Positions 19,568 through 28,609 of a stretch of DNA of 64,000 bases are shown here, in pieces (position 1 is the stretch's first letter; each line of letters starts with the position of its first letter). The notes under the pieces are model-generated. The model did no database searches. It was not told the DNA's origin and saw nothing but the letters and a program-made list of their open reading frames with translations. The DNA is from a virus (taxonomy: Duplodnaviria > Caudoviricetes), in IMG/VR virus record IMGVR_UViG_3300020431_000005, positions 32,001-96,000 of that record; one strand, written 5' to 3'. The translations under genes were made by a program, and so were the position numbers.

Positions 19568-20035
19568 ATGAAACTTGGAATGATAGGTCTTGGTAAATTG
19601 GGTGAGGGTATTTGCCGTCGCCTTATTGAATCAGGACATGAGGTTTGGGGATACCAAACCAACTACGAAAAAGCATGTGAGCAGTATGAATCAAAGTACA
19701 TTAGTGGTTGTACCACATCTATAAAGTATTTGGTTCGAGCAGTTAAATCAGATGGTCTTCAATATACTAGTGCTGGTAAAGTTCCTGGTATATTTCAACT
19801 GACAATTCCAGAAGTAAAGGTAGATAACACACTAGATGAGTTAATACCATTACTTGAGGAGGGTGATATCATTATTGATTATAGTAGTTCCGATATAGTA
19901 AAATGCATTGAACTAGAAAAATATTGTTCTAAGTTAGGTATCTCTTATATTTTTGGTGGGGTGTATGGAGCAAGTTATGCTATCTCTACATGCTCTAAAA
20001 TTTTCCAATCTTTATCACCGGGTAATATTAAATGA
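19568..20035 (+). CDS. Truncated 6-phosphogluconate dehydrogenase-like protein (N-terminal Rossmann part only)
   Basis: MKLGMIGLGKLG, L.PLLEEGDIIID; only 155 aa, with no C-terminal catalytic/dimerisation domain. Confidence 0.7.
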   Translation: MKLGMIGLGKLGEGICRRLIESGHEVWGYQTNYEKACEQYESKYISGCTTSIKYLVRAVKSDGLQYTSAGKVPGIFQLTIPEVKVDNTLDELIPLLEEGDIIIDYSSSDIVKCIELEKYCSKLGISYIFGGVYGASYAISTCSKIFQSLSPGNIK

Positions 20036-20163
20036 CCTTATCTGATGTCTTACTTTTCGGATCACTACCCTTTCTATGTGCCACCATATATTTCGGGCAC
20101 AGAAGAGGTGAAAATATCTACTATGCAAGTGACAAATATGACGGAAATGGAACAGCGCATTAG
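20032..20163 (+). CDS. ndhP: NdhP-like NDH-1 small subunit (43 aa, not in ORF track)
   Basis: MTLSDVLLFGSLPFLCATIYFGHRRGENIYYASDKYDGNGTAH: one TM helix, FG, then YxSDxYxGNGxAH C-terminus as in cyanobacterial NdhP; ATGA overlap with upstream stop. Confidence 0.8.
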   Translation: MTLSDVLLFGSLPFLCATIYFGHRRGENIYYASDKYDGNGTAH

Positions 20164-20350
20164 GATGAGACATGCATTTGCTATGTCATCATTTGCTAGA
20201 CTGTATACACCAAATAGAATAACTTTTGAGATGAGAGCATTCTGTTTAGAGTGGTCAAAAAATGAAGAGCAACCACCCCAAGGTGATTTGTATACAGTAG
20301 ATCGCTATTTTTTAGAAATCTGGAAAGTTAAAAACGAAGCAAACAAATGA
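20138..20350 (+). CDS. Hypothetical protein
   Basis: MTEMEQRIRMRHAFAMSSF...; start re-assigned from 20045 because the upstream part overlaps the ndhP-like gene. Confidence 0.6.
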   Translation: MTEMEQRIRMRHAFAMSSFARLYTPNRITFEMRAFCLEWSKNEEQPPQGDLYTVDRYFLEIWKVKNEANK

Positions 20351-20436
20351 ACCATGCTATTTTTTATGGATTAATTTTATTTTGCTTCATAGTAGCAAGT
20401 ATCACCTTGAGCTTAGAATATGCATATACAATCTGA
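20347..20436 (+). CDS. 29-aa single-TM microprotein
   Basis: MNHAIFYGLILFCFIVASITLSLEYAYTI; ATGA coupling to upstream stop. Confidence 0.5.
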   Translation: MNHAIFYGLILFCFIVASITLSLEYAYTI

Positions 20437-20506
20437 GTTTTTAATTATAGGATTATATTGTTTGCTTGGATTATTTTTATTCACATTATCGGTAGTATCA
20501 GAATGA
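20420..20506 (+). CDS. 28-aa single-TM microprotein
   Basis: MHIQSEFLIIGLYCLLGLFLFTLSVVSE; stop overlaps next ATG (ATGA). Confidence 0.5.
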   Translation: MHIQSEFLIIGLYCLLGLFLFTLSVVSE

Positions 20507-20661
20507 TGTTACAGTTTGCTAAATTTTGTGGTGTTGTATTAAACAACCCATATGGATTAGGGTTTCTCTCGACCATTCTAATTTTTGTTCCTATCATAGG
20601 AATGTGGGCAGTTCATAAATATAATTGGAAACACTGGGAACCTTTCCACAAACATGAATAA
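20503..20661 (+). CDS. Small membrane protein
   Basis: MMLQFAKFCG...LGFLSTILIFVPIIGMWAVHKYNW; one TM segment. Confidence 0.6.
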   Translation: MMLQFAKFCGVVLNNPYGLGFLSTILIFVPIIGMWAVHKYNWKHWEPFHKHE

Positions 20662-20845
20662 GGAACCAGACTACAGTGTCAATTTAACAATAGAAGATAT
20701 ACGTCTTTTACATCACTGTGTAATAAAGAGAATTGAACGTTGGGAAGGTTTCCCTGCTCGACCTGCCGAAGAACAAGAACACTTATGGTTCATGAGAGAT
20801 TCTTTATACAGAATGATTTTAGATTACCAATTCCACCAACTATGA
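20654..20845 (+). CDS. Small hypothetical protein
   Basis: 63 aa, helical hairpin-like (LTIEDIRLL...MRDSLYR). Confidence 0.6.
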   Translation: MNKEPDYSVNLTIEDIRLLHHCVIKRIERWEGFPARPAEEQEHLWFMRDSLYRMILDYQFHQL

Positions 20846-21018
20846 AATTTGAATTAACAATGGAGGATTACACAATCATCCTCAATGCGCTTCACTATTA
20901 TAAGAGAGTTGAGAAGAAAGGAAACTTTCAGCAATATGACAATGAGCGTATTAATAAGTTGAGAGACAAAATGGCATATCAATTAATTCCTTCATCAGAT
21001 AGTGGTAATAGATTATGA
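20842..21018 (+). CDS. Small hypothetical protein
   Basis: MKFELTMEDYTIILNALHYY...LRDKM; ATGA overlap; resembles the preceding ORF. Confidence 0.6.
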   Translation: MKFELTMEDYTIILNALHYYKRVEKKGNFQQYDNERINKLRDKMAYQLIPSSDSGNRL

Positions 21019-21095
21019 TGAGTGGAATATTTGTATTTGGATTTGTTCTGCTACTCACGATAGGAATGGAACTTACTTGGCCTGTTAAGAAATGA
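21015..21095 (+). CDS. 26-aa single-TM microprotein
   Basis: MMSGIFVFGFVLLLTIGMELTWPVKK; ATGA overlaps at both ends. Confidence 0.5.
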   Translation: MMSGIFVFGFVLLLTIGMELTWPVKK

Positions 21096-21301
21096 ATTTG
21101 TTATTGCGTCCTTTAGATAATGTGAATGATCCTGTATGGTCAGTGATCTTTATGGTATTCCTTGCTGTCGCAGGAGCATTCTATTGCATCTACTATATAC
21201 TAGGAATAGCATTTAAGGAATTAGAAGATGGGAGCAATGACACCACCAAGCAGGAAGAGCTGCTACAACTTCCGAGTGACGGAGATCAATCGTGTCCTTG
21301 A
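21092..21301 (+). CDS. Small membrane protein
   Basis: DPVWSVIFMVFLAVAGAFYCIYYILG TM segment. Confidence 0.6.
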   Translation: MNLLLRPLDNVNDPVWSVIFMVFLAVAGAFYCIYYILGIAFKELEDGSNDTTKQEELLQLPSDGDQSCP

Positions 21302-21689
21302 TGGTGATACTATTGACGTTACTATCGACCTCGGGTTTGATCTATACAAGAAAGAAAGAGTTAGAGTTGCAGGAGTTGATACGCCAGAGAAGAGAACGAG
21401 AAATCTAGAGGAGAAAGCCCTTGGAATCGACGCAACAAACTGGCTCAAAGAAAAACTCGAAGGCACGTTGGCTGGTGATGATGAGTTGTCTGTTAGGACT
21501 GAACTTGTTGGTGGGACTGGGAAATATGGCCGTCTTCTGGGTTGGCTTTACATCGGGGATAGCAGCGTGTCCCTTAACGAGCAAATGATTACTGAAGGTT
21601 ATGCTCATGCCTATGATGGAGGCACTAAAGATATGAACCTAGAAGCACTGAAAGAAATTCGCCGTGAGCATGGAACACTAGTAGAATGA
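21228..21689 (+). CDS. Thermonuclease (SNase-like) family nuclease
   Basis: RVLDGDTIDV; RVRVAGVDTPE; GKYGRLLG; LNEQMITEGYA. Confidence 0.85.
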   Translation: MGAMTPPSRKSCYNFRVTEINRVLDGDTIDVTIDLGFDLYKKERVRVAGVDTPEKRTRNLEEKALGIDATNWLKEKLEGTLAGDDELSVRTELVGGTGKYGRLLGWLYIGDSSVSLNEQMITEGYAHAYDGGTKDMNLEALKEIRREHGTLVE

Positions 21690-21775
21690 GTGTAAACCAA
21701 CACTTATAAAAATGTAGCCAAACGATACAATATTTTTCACTACATACACTATAATGTTTGTAGTGGAACAATATT

Positions 21776-21997
21776 ATGCTTGGCATATATGTAATCATCA
21801 CTCTCATTGTCCTCATGGTAGCGTATGCTGGCATGGAAGAAACTGTGCAGTTATTTGCTTACGTAGATCTTATGATTCGATGGCAATGGGTTCAGTTTAG
21901 AATGTTTATGATGAGACGTAAATTAGAACAACAACTTATAAAGGATCTACCCAACTTCAACAAACTCGCAAAGGAATTAAAAGATGACCAACGATAA
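21776..21997 (+). CDS. Small membrane-anchored hypothetical protein
   Basis: N-terminal hydrophobic helix, basic C-terminus. Confidence 0.6.
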   Translation: MLGIYVIITLIVLMVAYAGMEETVQLFAYVDLMIRWQWVQFRMFMMRRKLEQQLIKDLPNFNKLAKELKDDQR

Positions 21998-22283
21998 GGA
22001 ACTGTCAGATCTCAGACTTGAGAGAAAAGAATGTCCTAAATGTGGTGCTACTTGGATCAACGGTAAGCATGTGTTTAGAGGCACAGCTGCGTCATATGAC
22101 AAGAGTGAATTAGACCTTGCTGGTCTTGTTTGTAATAAACTAGGTAACGAGGAATGTATCAACCCATCAAAAGGAAAAGAGGGTGGAACTACTTGGGAAT
22201 ACCGTTCTGGATATATTGATGGCGTTCATGCCACAAAGAAAAAAGAAATGGAGGACTTGCGCGATCAATTTGGAGATCTATAA
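21984..22283 (+). CDS. Cys-containing hypothetical protein
   Basis: CPKCGATWING...DLAGLVCN..CINP. Confidence 0.65.
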   Translation: MTNDKELSDLRLERKECPKCGATWINGKHVFRGTAASYDKSELDLAGLVCNKLGNEECINPSKGKEGGTTWEYRSGYIDGVHATKKKEMEDLRDQFGDL

Positions 22284-22286
22284 ATA
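22279..22286 (+). promoter_or_regulatory. T4 late promoter TATAAATA for g17
   Basis: Exact T4 late consensus 25 nt upstream of the TTG start. Confidence 0.8.
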
Positions 22287-22310
22287 CTAGTGGTGAACTA
22301 GGTTTTTGTT

Positions 22311-23963
22311 TTGGCAACTGGTACTGATGTATATTTGGGTAATCCCAACCTTAAAAAGGCTGGGACCCCAATACAATTTACAAAAAAGCAAATTGATGAG
22401 TGGATCAAGTGTAAGAATGATCCCATCTACTTTGCGATGAACTATATAAAAATCATCTCTCTTGACGAAGGTTTGGTGCCTTTTGAGATGTATGATTTTC
22501 AAAAAAAGATTTTGAGCGATTTTCATGAAACAAGATTTAACATCGCAAAGCTCCCAAGACAAACAGGGAAGTCTACTACGGTTGTCGCTTATCTTCTTTA
22601 TTACGCAATTTTTTACGATAGTGTTAATATTGGTATTCTTGCAAACAAGGCATCTACCGCTAGGGAACTGCTAGGAAGATTACAACTTGCTTATGAAAAT
22701 CTACCAAAGTGGATGCAGCATGGTGTATTGGTGTGGAACAAAGGTAATGTGGAGTTAGAAAATGGCAGTAAGATATTGGCAGCTTCTACATCTGCAAGTG
22801 CTGTCCGAGGCATGTCGTTTAACATTCTCTTCCTCGATGAGTTCGCCTTCGTTCCAAACCATGTTGCAGAGCAATTCTTTGCCTCTGTTTATCCTACTAT
22901 TACTTCTGGTAAATCAACGAAAGTAATTATCATCTCTACGCCTAATGGGATGAATCACTTCTACAAGATGTGGGAGGATGCTAGGCGTGGTAAAAATGAT
23001 TACACTACAAACGAAGTTCACTGGTCTCAAGTACCTGGCAGAGATGCTAAGTGGAAAGAAGAGACGATTAAGAACACATCCCCAAGACAGTTCGCACAAG
23101 AGTTTGAGTGCGACTTTCTTGGATCTGCTGACACTTTAATTAGTCCAGCAAAACTACAAACTATACCATTCGCTGATCCGATTAAATCAAATGCTGGACT
23201 TGATATCTATGAGAGAGTCGAAAAGGATCACGAATATATTATTACTGTTGATGTTGCCAGAGGAATTGGTGGGGACTATTCTGCTTTCCTCGTGTTTGAT
23301 ATCACCACGATGCCGTATAAGATCGTTGCAAAGTACAGAAATAATGAGATTAAACCTATACTGTTTCCCTCAGTAATTTTTCAAATTTGTAAAGAATATA
23401 ACAACCCATACGTTCTGGTAGAAGTAAATGACATTGGTGATAGTATCGCTGCTACTCTTAATTACGATCTTGAATATCCTAACGTACTTATGTGTGCGAT
23501 GCGTGGTAGAGCAGGTCAAGTCGTGGGGCAAGGATTCTCAGGAACAAAAACACAACTAGGTGTCAAGATGAGTGTAACGGTCAAGAAGATCGGTTGCTCT
23601 AATCTCAAAGCTATTATTGAAGAAGACAAATTAATATTCAATGACTTCCAGATCTTCCAAGAACTTACTACGTTTGTGCAGAAGAAACAAGCATGGGAAG
23701 CAGACGAAGGATATCATGATGACCTTGTAATGTGTATGGTTCTCTTCGCATGGTTAGTCATGCAAGAATACTTTAAGGAGATGACCGATCAGGATATCAG
23801 AAGGAGAATTTATGATGAACAACGTAATCAAATAGAACAGGACATGGCTCCATTTGGTTTCCTTGATGACGGCATGGGTGATGATACTTTTGTTGATGGA
23901 GATGGCAATCTTTGGGAGTATGGAGACAAGCAAGAAGAAGTCGGATACATGTGGAACTACTGA
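22311..23963 (+). CDS. g17: Terminase large subunit gp17
   Basis: YLGNPNLK; Walker A PRQTGKST; Walker B ILFLDEFAF; STPNG; nuclease DVARG...HDDLVM; TTG start. Confidence 0.97.
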   Translation: MATGTDVYLGNPNLKKAGTPIQFTKKQIDEWIKCKNDPIYFAMNYIKIISLDEGLVPFEMYDFQKKILSDFHETRFNIAKLPRQTGKSTTVVAYLLYYAIFYDSVNIGILANKASTARELLGRLQLAYENLPKWMQHGVLVWNKGNVELENGSKILAASTSASAVRGMSFNILFLDEFAFVPNHVAEQFFASVYPTITSGKSTKVIIISTPNGMNHFYKMWEDARRGKNDYTTNEVHWSQVPGRDAKWKEETIKNTSPRQFAQEFECDFLGSADTLISPAKLQTIPFADPIKSNAGLDIYERVEKDHEYIITVDVARGIGGDYSAFLVFDITTMPYKIVAKYRNNEIKPILFPSVIFQICKEYNNPYVLVEVNDIGDSIAATLNYDLEYPNVLMCAMRGRAGQVVGQGFSGTKTQLGVKMSVTVKKIGCSNLKAIIEEDKLIFNDFQIFQELTTFVQKKQAWEADEGYHDDLVMCMVLFAWLVMQEYFKEMTDQDIRRRIYDEQRNQIEQDMAPFGFLDDGMGDDTFVDGDGNLWEYGDKQEEVGYMWNY

Positions 23964-24193
23964 TGAATATTGAAGATCAATTTTCACTGGAACATATTCT
24001 GTTTAAAGAAAGAAAATGTAGATCATGTGGAATTAAAAAAGATCTTATCGAAGATTTTTATCTTACCAGAAAAACTAAGAAAGGACATCCATCAGCATAC
24101 GCATACGAATGTAAGGAGTGTACTGTCAAAAGGGTTATGGAATCTAGAAAAAAGAGAGATCCGTTTCATGATTGGGGATATCCAGATTGGTAG
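23963..24193 (+). CDS. Small zinc-ribbon protein
   Basis: RKCRSCG..K.L..DFY...AYECKEC; ATG overlaps the g17 stop. Confidence 0.7.
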   Translation: MNIEDQFSLEHILFKERKCRSCGIKKDLIEDFYLTRKTKKGHPSAYAYECKECTVKRVMESRKKRDPFHDWGYPDW

Positions 24194-24274
24194 TTCATGC
24201 ATAGTTCACCACCTCTGAAACATTCAAAAATCTAAATAGATTTAGATAAATTTGATATCTAAAGAGGTATAAAC

Positions 24275-26191
24275 ATGGCAAGTCAAGTCTCGCCTGGTGT
24301 TGTTATTAGAGAGAGTGATTTGTCCAATGCAGTTGTTGTAGGCGATGTAGCTATTACTGGCGCTATTGCTTCCTCATTCCGCAAAGGACCCGTAGGCAAA
24401 ATTACAAACGTTAGTACCGAAAGGGAACTAATCGACACATTTGGAGCACCATCCGAGGCTAACGCTGGAGATTGGTTGGTTGCTTCAGAATTCCTCCGTT
24501 ATGGTGGAAGACTAGCAGTTGTTAGAGCAGCAACTGCAGTTGTTAACGCAACAGAATCTGGCACTGGTGTTCTTATCGCTGACAAGGATGCATTTGATGC
24601 TGGAGTAACTTCAGAAAAATTTGCTGCTAGAGATGCAGGTGCAGATGGAAACAACCTTAGTGTTGTTATCATAGACAGAGGTCCTGATTACACCATCAAC
24701 AAAACCGGTCATGGTCTAGCAGTCGGTGGCACATACACTGACGACGCTGCTGTAGCACACGAAGTTTATGAACTAAATGGTGCTAACAGTTTCAGAATTA
24801 TTAAAGGAAGTGCTGCTCCAACTCCTGCTGCAGGAGATACTGCTGTTCTATATTCAGCATCTGATTGGAACGCACGTCAGATTGGATCAACTGGTTTGAC
24901 ATTCAAATCAATTGCTCCTCGTCCTGGAACTTCTGCATACGCAACTGAGCGTTTCTTGTCATATGACGAAGTGCATGTTGCTGTAGTTAATACTGCAACC
25001 AATACAGTTCTTGAGAGAATGACATATCTCTCCAAACTTACCGATGGTAAGTCTCCCGAAGGTAATTCAACTTACTGGAAGGATTATGTAAATCAGTATT
25101 CTGGTTATATTTACGCTGGTGCTGCTCTAAGTGGAACCGAAATTACAACTGCCGGAGAAGATCCCGGTGCTGCAGCTGCCTCTTATGGTGCTACTTCAGG
25201 ATCTCCATTGGTATTAGCAAGAATTCTTCCTACTGCAGGTGGAGCTCTTTCTGGTGGTACTGATGACTATGCATATACTGCTGGCGAAGTTAGTGCTGCA
25301 TACGATTTATTCTTAGATACAGAAGCAACGGATGTTGATTTTGTTCTTATGGGTGGCGATGCTGCTGACGAAACAGACACAATTGCTAAAGCAGCTTCTG
25401 TTGCTGCTGTTGCTAATAGCAGAAAAGATTGTGTTGCATTCATCTCACCATGGACCGGTGCTCAAATTGCAACCTCTGGTGGCAGTGCATTAACTCCAAC
25501 ACAACAACTAGCAAATACACTAGAGTTCTTTGAAAGCATTGGTTCTAGTTCCTTTGTTGTTCTAGACAGTGGTGTTAAGTATACATACGATCGCTTTAAT
25601 GACAAGTATCGTTATGTTGGTTGTAATGGTGATGTTGCTGGTTTATGCGTTTCAACTTCTGCAATTCTAGATGACTGGTTCTCACCAGCAGGTCTAAACC
25701 GTGGTGGTTTGCAAAACGTTGTTAAGTTGGCATTCAATCCCAACAAAGCACAACGCGATGATCTCTATACAAATAGAATCAACCCAATCGTTTCATTCCC
25801 TGGTTCTGGTCCTGTTCTCTTTGGAGATAAGACTGGTCTTGCTTCACCTTCTGCATTCGATCGTATCAACGTTCGCCGTCTCTTCCTCAATGTTGAGAAG
25901 AGAGCAAGAGCTCTCGCAGAAAGCGTACTGTTTGAGCAGAATGATCCGGTAACACGTTCTAATTTTAATTCTTCTATTGCTTCTTATCTTTCCGAGATTC
26001 AAGCACGTAGAGGTTTAACAGATTATCTAGTTGTTTGCGATGGAACAAACAACACTCCTGAAGTTATCGACAGGAACGAATTCGTTGCTGAACTATACCT
26101 CAAGCCCACCCGCTCTATTAACTACGTAACTGTCACAGTGACTGCTACGAAGACGGGTGTTTCCTTTGAGGAAGTAGTCGGTAGAGGTTAA
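24275..26191 (+). CDS. g18: Tail sheath protein gp18
   Basis: SPGVVIRESD; WFSPAGLNRG; LFGDKT; FDRINVRRLF; YLKPTRSINY. Confidence 0.97.
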   Translation: MASQVSPGVVIRESDLSNAVVVGDVAITGAIASSFRKGPVGKITNVSTERELIDTFGAPSEANAGDWLVASEFLRYGGRLAVVRAATAVVNATESGTGVLIADKDAFDAGVTSEKFAARDAGADGNNLSVVIIDRGPDYTINKTGHGLAVGGTYTDDAAVAHEVYELNGANSFRIIKGSAAPTPAAGDTAVLYSASDWNARQIGSTGLTFKSIAPRPGTSAYATERFLSYDEVHVAVVNTATNTVLERMTYLSKLTDGKSPEGNSTYWKDYVNQYSGYIYAGAALSGTEITTAGEDPGAAAASYGATSGSPLVLARILPTAGGALSGGTDDYAYTAGEVSAAYDLFLDTEATDVDFVLMGGDAADETDTIAKAASVAAVANSRKDCVAFISPWTGAQIATSGGSALTPTQQLANTLEFFESIGSSSFVVLDSGVKYTYDRFNDKYRYVGCNGDVAGLCVSTSAILDDWFSPAGLNRGGLQNVVKLAFNPNKAQRDDLYTNRINPIVSFPGSGPVLFGDKTGLASPSAFDRINVRRLFLNVEKRARALAESVLFEQNDPVTRSNFNSSIASYLSEIQARRGLTDYLVVCDGTNNTPEVIDRNEFVAELYLKPTRSINYVTVTVTATKTGVSFEEVVGRG

Positions 26192-26226
26192 TCAATACTA
26201 GATAAAACATAACGAGGTAAACAACA

Positions 26227-26850
26227 ATGGCAACGTCAAACGTAAGTCAATTTCTTCAGACAATTGGGCAAGGTGTCAAGCCCAATATGTTCTTGGTTGA
26301 CATCAAATTCCCAGATGAATTAGGTGGTTCATCTACAGCACTAGGAACTGATCTTTCAAATATTCTTTGTAAGTCAGCAGCACTTCCAGGTTCTAACTTG
26401 GGTGTTATTGAAGTTCCTTTCCGTGGTAGAACAGTTAAAATCGCAGGTGATCGCACCTTCGATACATGGTCTGCAACCTTCTTCAATGATAAGAACATGG
26501 AACTCCGTGGTCTATTTGAAGAGTGGGCAAATCAACTCAACACCCATGAAGCAAATACTGCTCCTAGGTTCCTACCTGATAGTGCAAGTACTGGATACAT
26601 GGCAAGTCTCTATGTAACTCAACTAGAGAAAGATGATTCGGAAGGTGGTTCTGCAGTCAGAACTTACAAACTCCATCATTGCTTCCCAACCAACATCTCT
26701 CAGATTGATCTTGCTTATGATAGCAACGATCAGATTGAAGAGTTTACAGTTGAATGGCAGTATTCCTTCTTCACCGCGCAGAAGGAAAATAGCGAGACCT
26801 CTGGTTCCGCTAATGTCAAGGGTACTGCATCTGCTAAGACTGTGGTCTGA
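26227..26850 (+). CDS. g19: Tail tube protein gp19
   Basis: CKSAALPGS; VPFRGRTVKIAGDRTF; FPTNISQIDL; IEEFTVEW. Confidence 0.96.
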   Translation: MATSNVSQFLQTIGQGVKPNMFLVDIKFPDELGGSSTALGTDLSNILCKSAALPGSNLGVIEVPFRGRTVKIAGDRTFDTWSATFFNDKNMELRGLFEEWANQLNTHEANTAPRFLPDSASTGYMASLYVTQLEKDDSEGGSAVRTYKLHHCFPTNISQIDLAYDSNDQIEEFTVEWQYSFFTAQKENSETSGSANVKGTASAKTVV

Positions 26851-26886
26851 TAAATAGTTGGAAGCGCACAAGTTGAATAGATAATC

Positions 26887-28590
26887 ATGAGTCAGTTATT
26901 TGGCTTCCAAATTAACAGAAAAGAGGGGCAGCGAGGTCAATCTCCTGTCCCTCCTTCTGCTGAAGATCCAGTTGCAGTAGCCGCTGGTGGGTATTATGGA
27001 ACGTATGTAGATACAGACAATCAAGCTCGTAATGAGTTTGAGATGATCCGTCGTTATCGCGACATGGCAATTCACCCTGAGGTGGATAGTGCCGTAGATG
27101 AAGTTGTAAACGAGTTTATCGTAAGTGATGCTTACGATTCTCCTGTAGAAATTAACTTAGATAATCTAGGTGTTGGTGCTGGAGTAAAAACTAAAATTCG
27201 TAATGAGTTTGAGTATCTGAAAAGACTTTTAAACTTCGACAATCGAGCACATGAGATTGTCCGAACTTGGTATATTGATGGACGTTTATTTTATCATAAG
27301 GTTATCGATTTAGATAATCCTAAAAAAGGTATTACAGAACTTCGTTATATTGATCCGATGAAGATCAAGAAAGTTCGTCAAAAAATTGACAATACTCCAA
27401 AAGATTCTCTAGCGAAAGCAGCAATCAAAGGCACGGCGCTTGAGTATGAATATGGAACGTTTGTTGATTACTATCTTTACAATCCAAAAGGTTTCTATAA
27501 AGGCGGTGTCCTAGGACCGATTGGAGATATGTCTTTGTCTCAGGGTGTCAAGATGGCAACTGATTCGATTACATTCTGTCCCTCTGGACTACAAGATTTA
27601 AACAAAAGAATGACTCTTGGTTTCCTACACAAGGCAATCAAGACTCTCAATCAATTAAGAATGATTGAAGATTCAATTGTTATCTACAGATTATCACGCG
27701 CACCTGAGCGTAGAATTTTCTACATCGATGTTGGTAATCTACCTAAAGTTAAAGCAGAGCAATACCTGCGTGATGTCATGTCTCGCTATCGTAACAAACT
27801 AGTGTATGACGCAAACACTGGTGAGATGCGTGATGACAAAAAGCATATGAGTATGCTTGAAGATTTCTGGTTGCCTCGTAGAGAGGGTGGTCGTGGTACT
27901 GAAATTACTACGCTGCCTGGAGGACAGAACCTTGGAGAACTTAAGGACGTTGAGTATTTTAAAAAGAAACTTTATAACTCTCTCAATCTTCCTCCCTCTC
28001 GTCTCACAGACGATAGCAAAGGATTCAATCTCGGTAAAACCACTGAAGTCCTCCGTGACGAACTTAAGTTCACGAAGTTCATTGGTCGTCTCCGCAAGAG
28101 ATTCTCTGAGATGTTCCATGACATGCTCAAGACTCAACTCATTCTTAAAGGAGTAATTTCTCCTGAAGACTGGGATGATATGAAGGAGCATATCCAGTAT
28201 GACTATCTCTTTGACAATCATTTCAATGAACTAAAAGAAATTGAAATGATGAACCAGAGGATGATGACTGTAAGTCAGATGGATCCTTTTGTTGGCAAAT
28301 ATTTCTCTGTTGAATATATCCGTCGTCATGTTCTAAATCAAAAAGATACAGAATATAAGGATATTGACAAGCAGATAAAAGCAGAGATTGCTTCTGGTCT
28401 CTCTGTTGATCCGGCAGAAACAAATGCTATGGATCAAATGACAGCAGCAAACACTGCCCTTGCTCCTGAAATTCAGGATCAGCAAGCACAAGATGCTGCA
28501 GAAAGACAAGAACTTGCTGCGGATGCTGCGTCGGAAAGAGAAGTATCCAAGGCAAAGAAAATGCCTTCACCTTCTACAAATAATAAATAA
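26887..28590 (+). CDS. g20: Portal protein gp20
   Basis: YRLSRAPERRIFYIDVGNLPK; EDFWLPRREGGRGTEITTLPGGQNLG. Confidence 0.98.
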   Translation: MSQLFGFQINRKEGQRGQSPVPPSAEDPVAVAAGGYYGTYVDTDNQARNEFEMIRRYRDMAIHPEVDSAVDEVVNEFIVSDAYDSPVEINLDNLGVGAGVKTKIRNEFEYLKRLLNFDNRAHEIVRTWYIDGRLFYHKVIDLDNPKKGITELRYIDPMKIKKVRQKIDNTPKDSLAKAAIKGTALEYEYGTFVDYYLYNPKGFYKGGVLGPIGDMSLSQGVKMATDSITFCPSGLQDLNKRMTLGFLHKAIKTLNQLRMIEDSIVIYRLSRAPERRIFYIDVGNLPKVKAEQYLRDVMSRYRNKLVYDANTGEMRDDKKHMSMLEDFWLPRREGGRGTEITTLPGGQNLGELKDVEYFKKKLYNSLNLPPSRLTDDSKGFNLGKTTEVLRDELKFTKFIGRLRKRFSEMFHDMLKTQLILKGVISPEDWDDMKEHIQYDYLFDNHFNELKEIEMMNQRMMTVSQMDPFVGKYFSVEYIRRHVLNQKDTEYKDIDKQIKAEIASGLSVDPAETNAMDQMTAANTALAPEIQDQQAQDAAERQELAADAASEREVSKAKKMPSPSTNNK

Positions 28591-28609
28591 ATTATACAGA
28601 ATACTTATT

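Noticed and set aside
20045-20137. 5' extension of the 101-aa ORF in the track
   Set aside because: It overlaps the better-supported NdhP-like ORF in another frame; ATG 20138 is more plausible
20654-21018. NblA-like phycobilisome degradation proteins
   Set aside because: Similar size and helical pattern, but no LSLEQ.F-type signature is recognisable
21713-21729. Canonical NtcA box
   Set aside because: Spacing is GTA-N9-TAC rather than N8; kept only as part of a weaker finding
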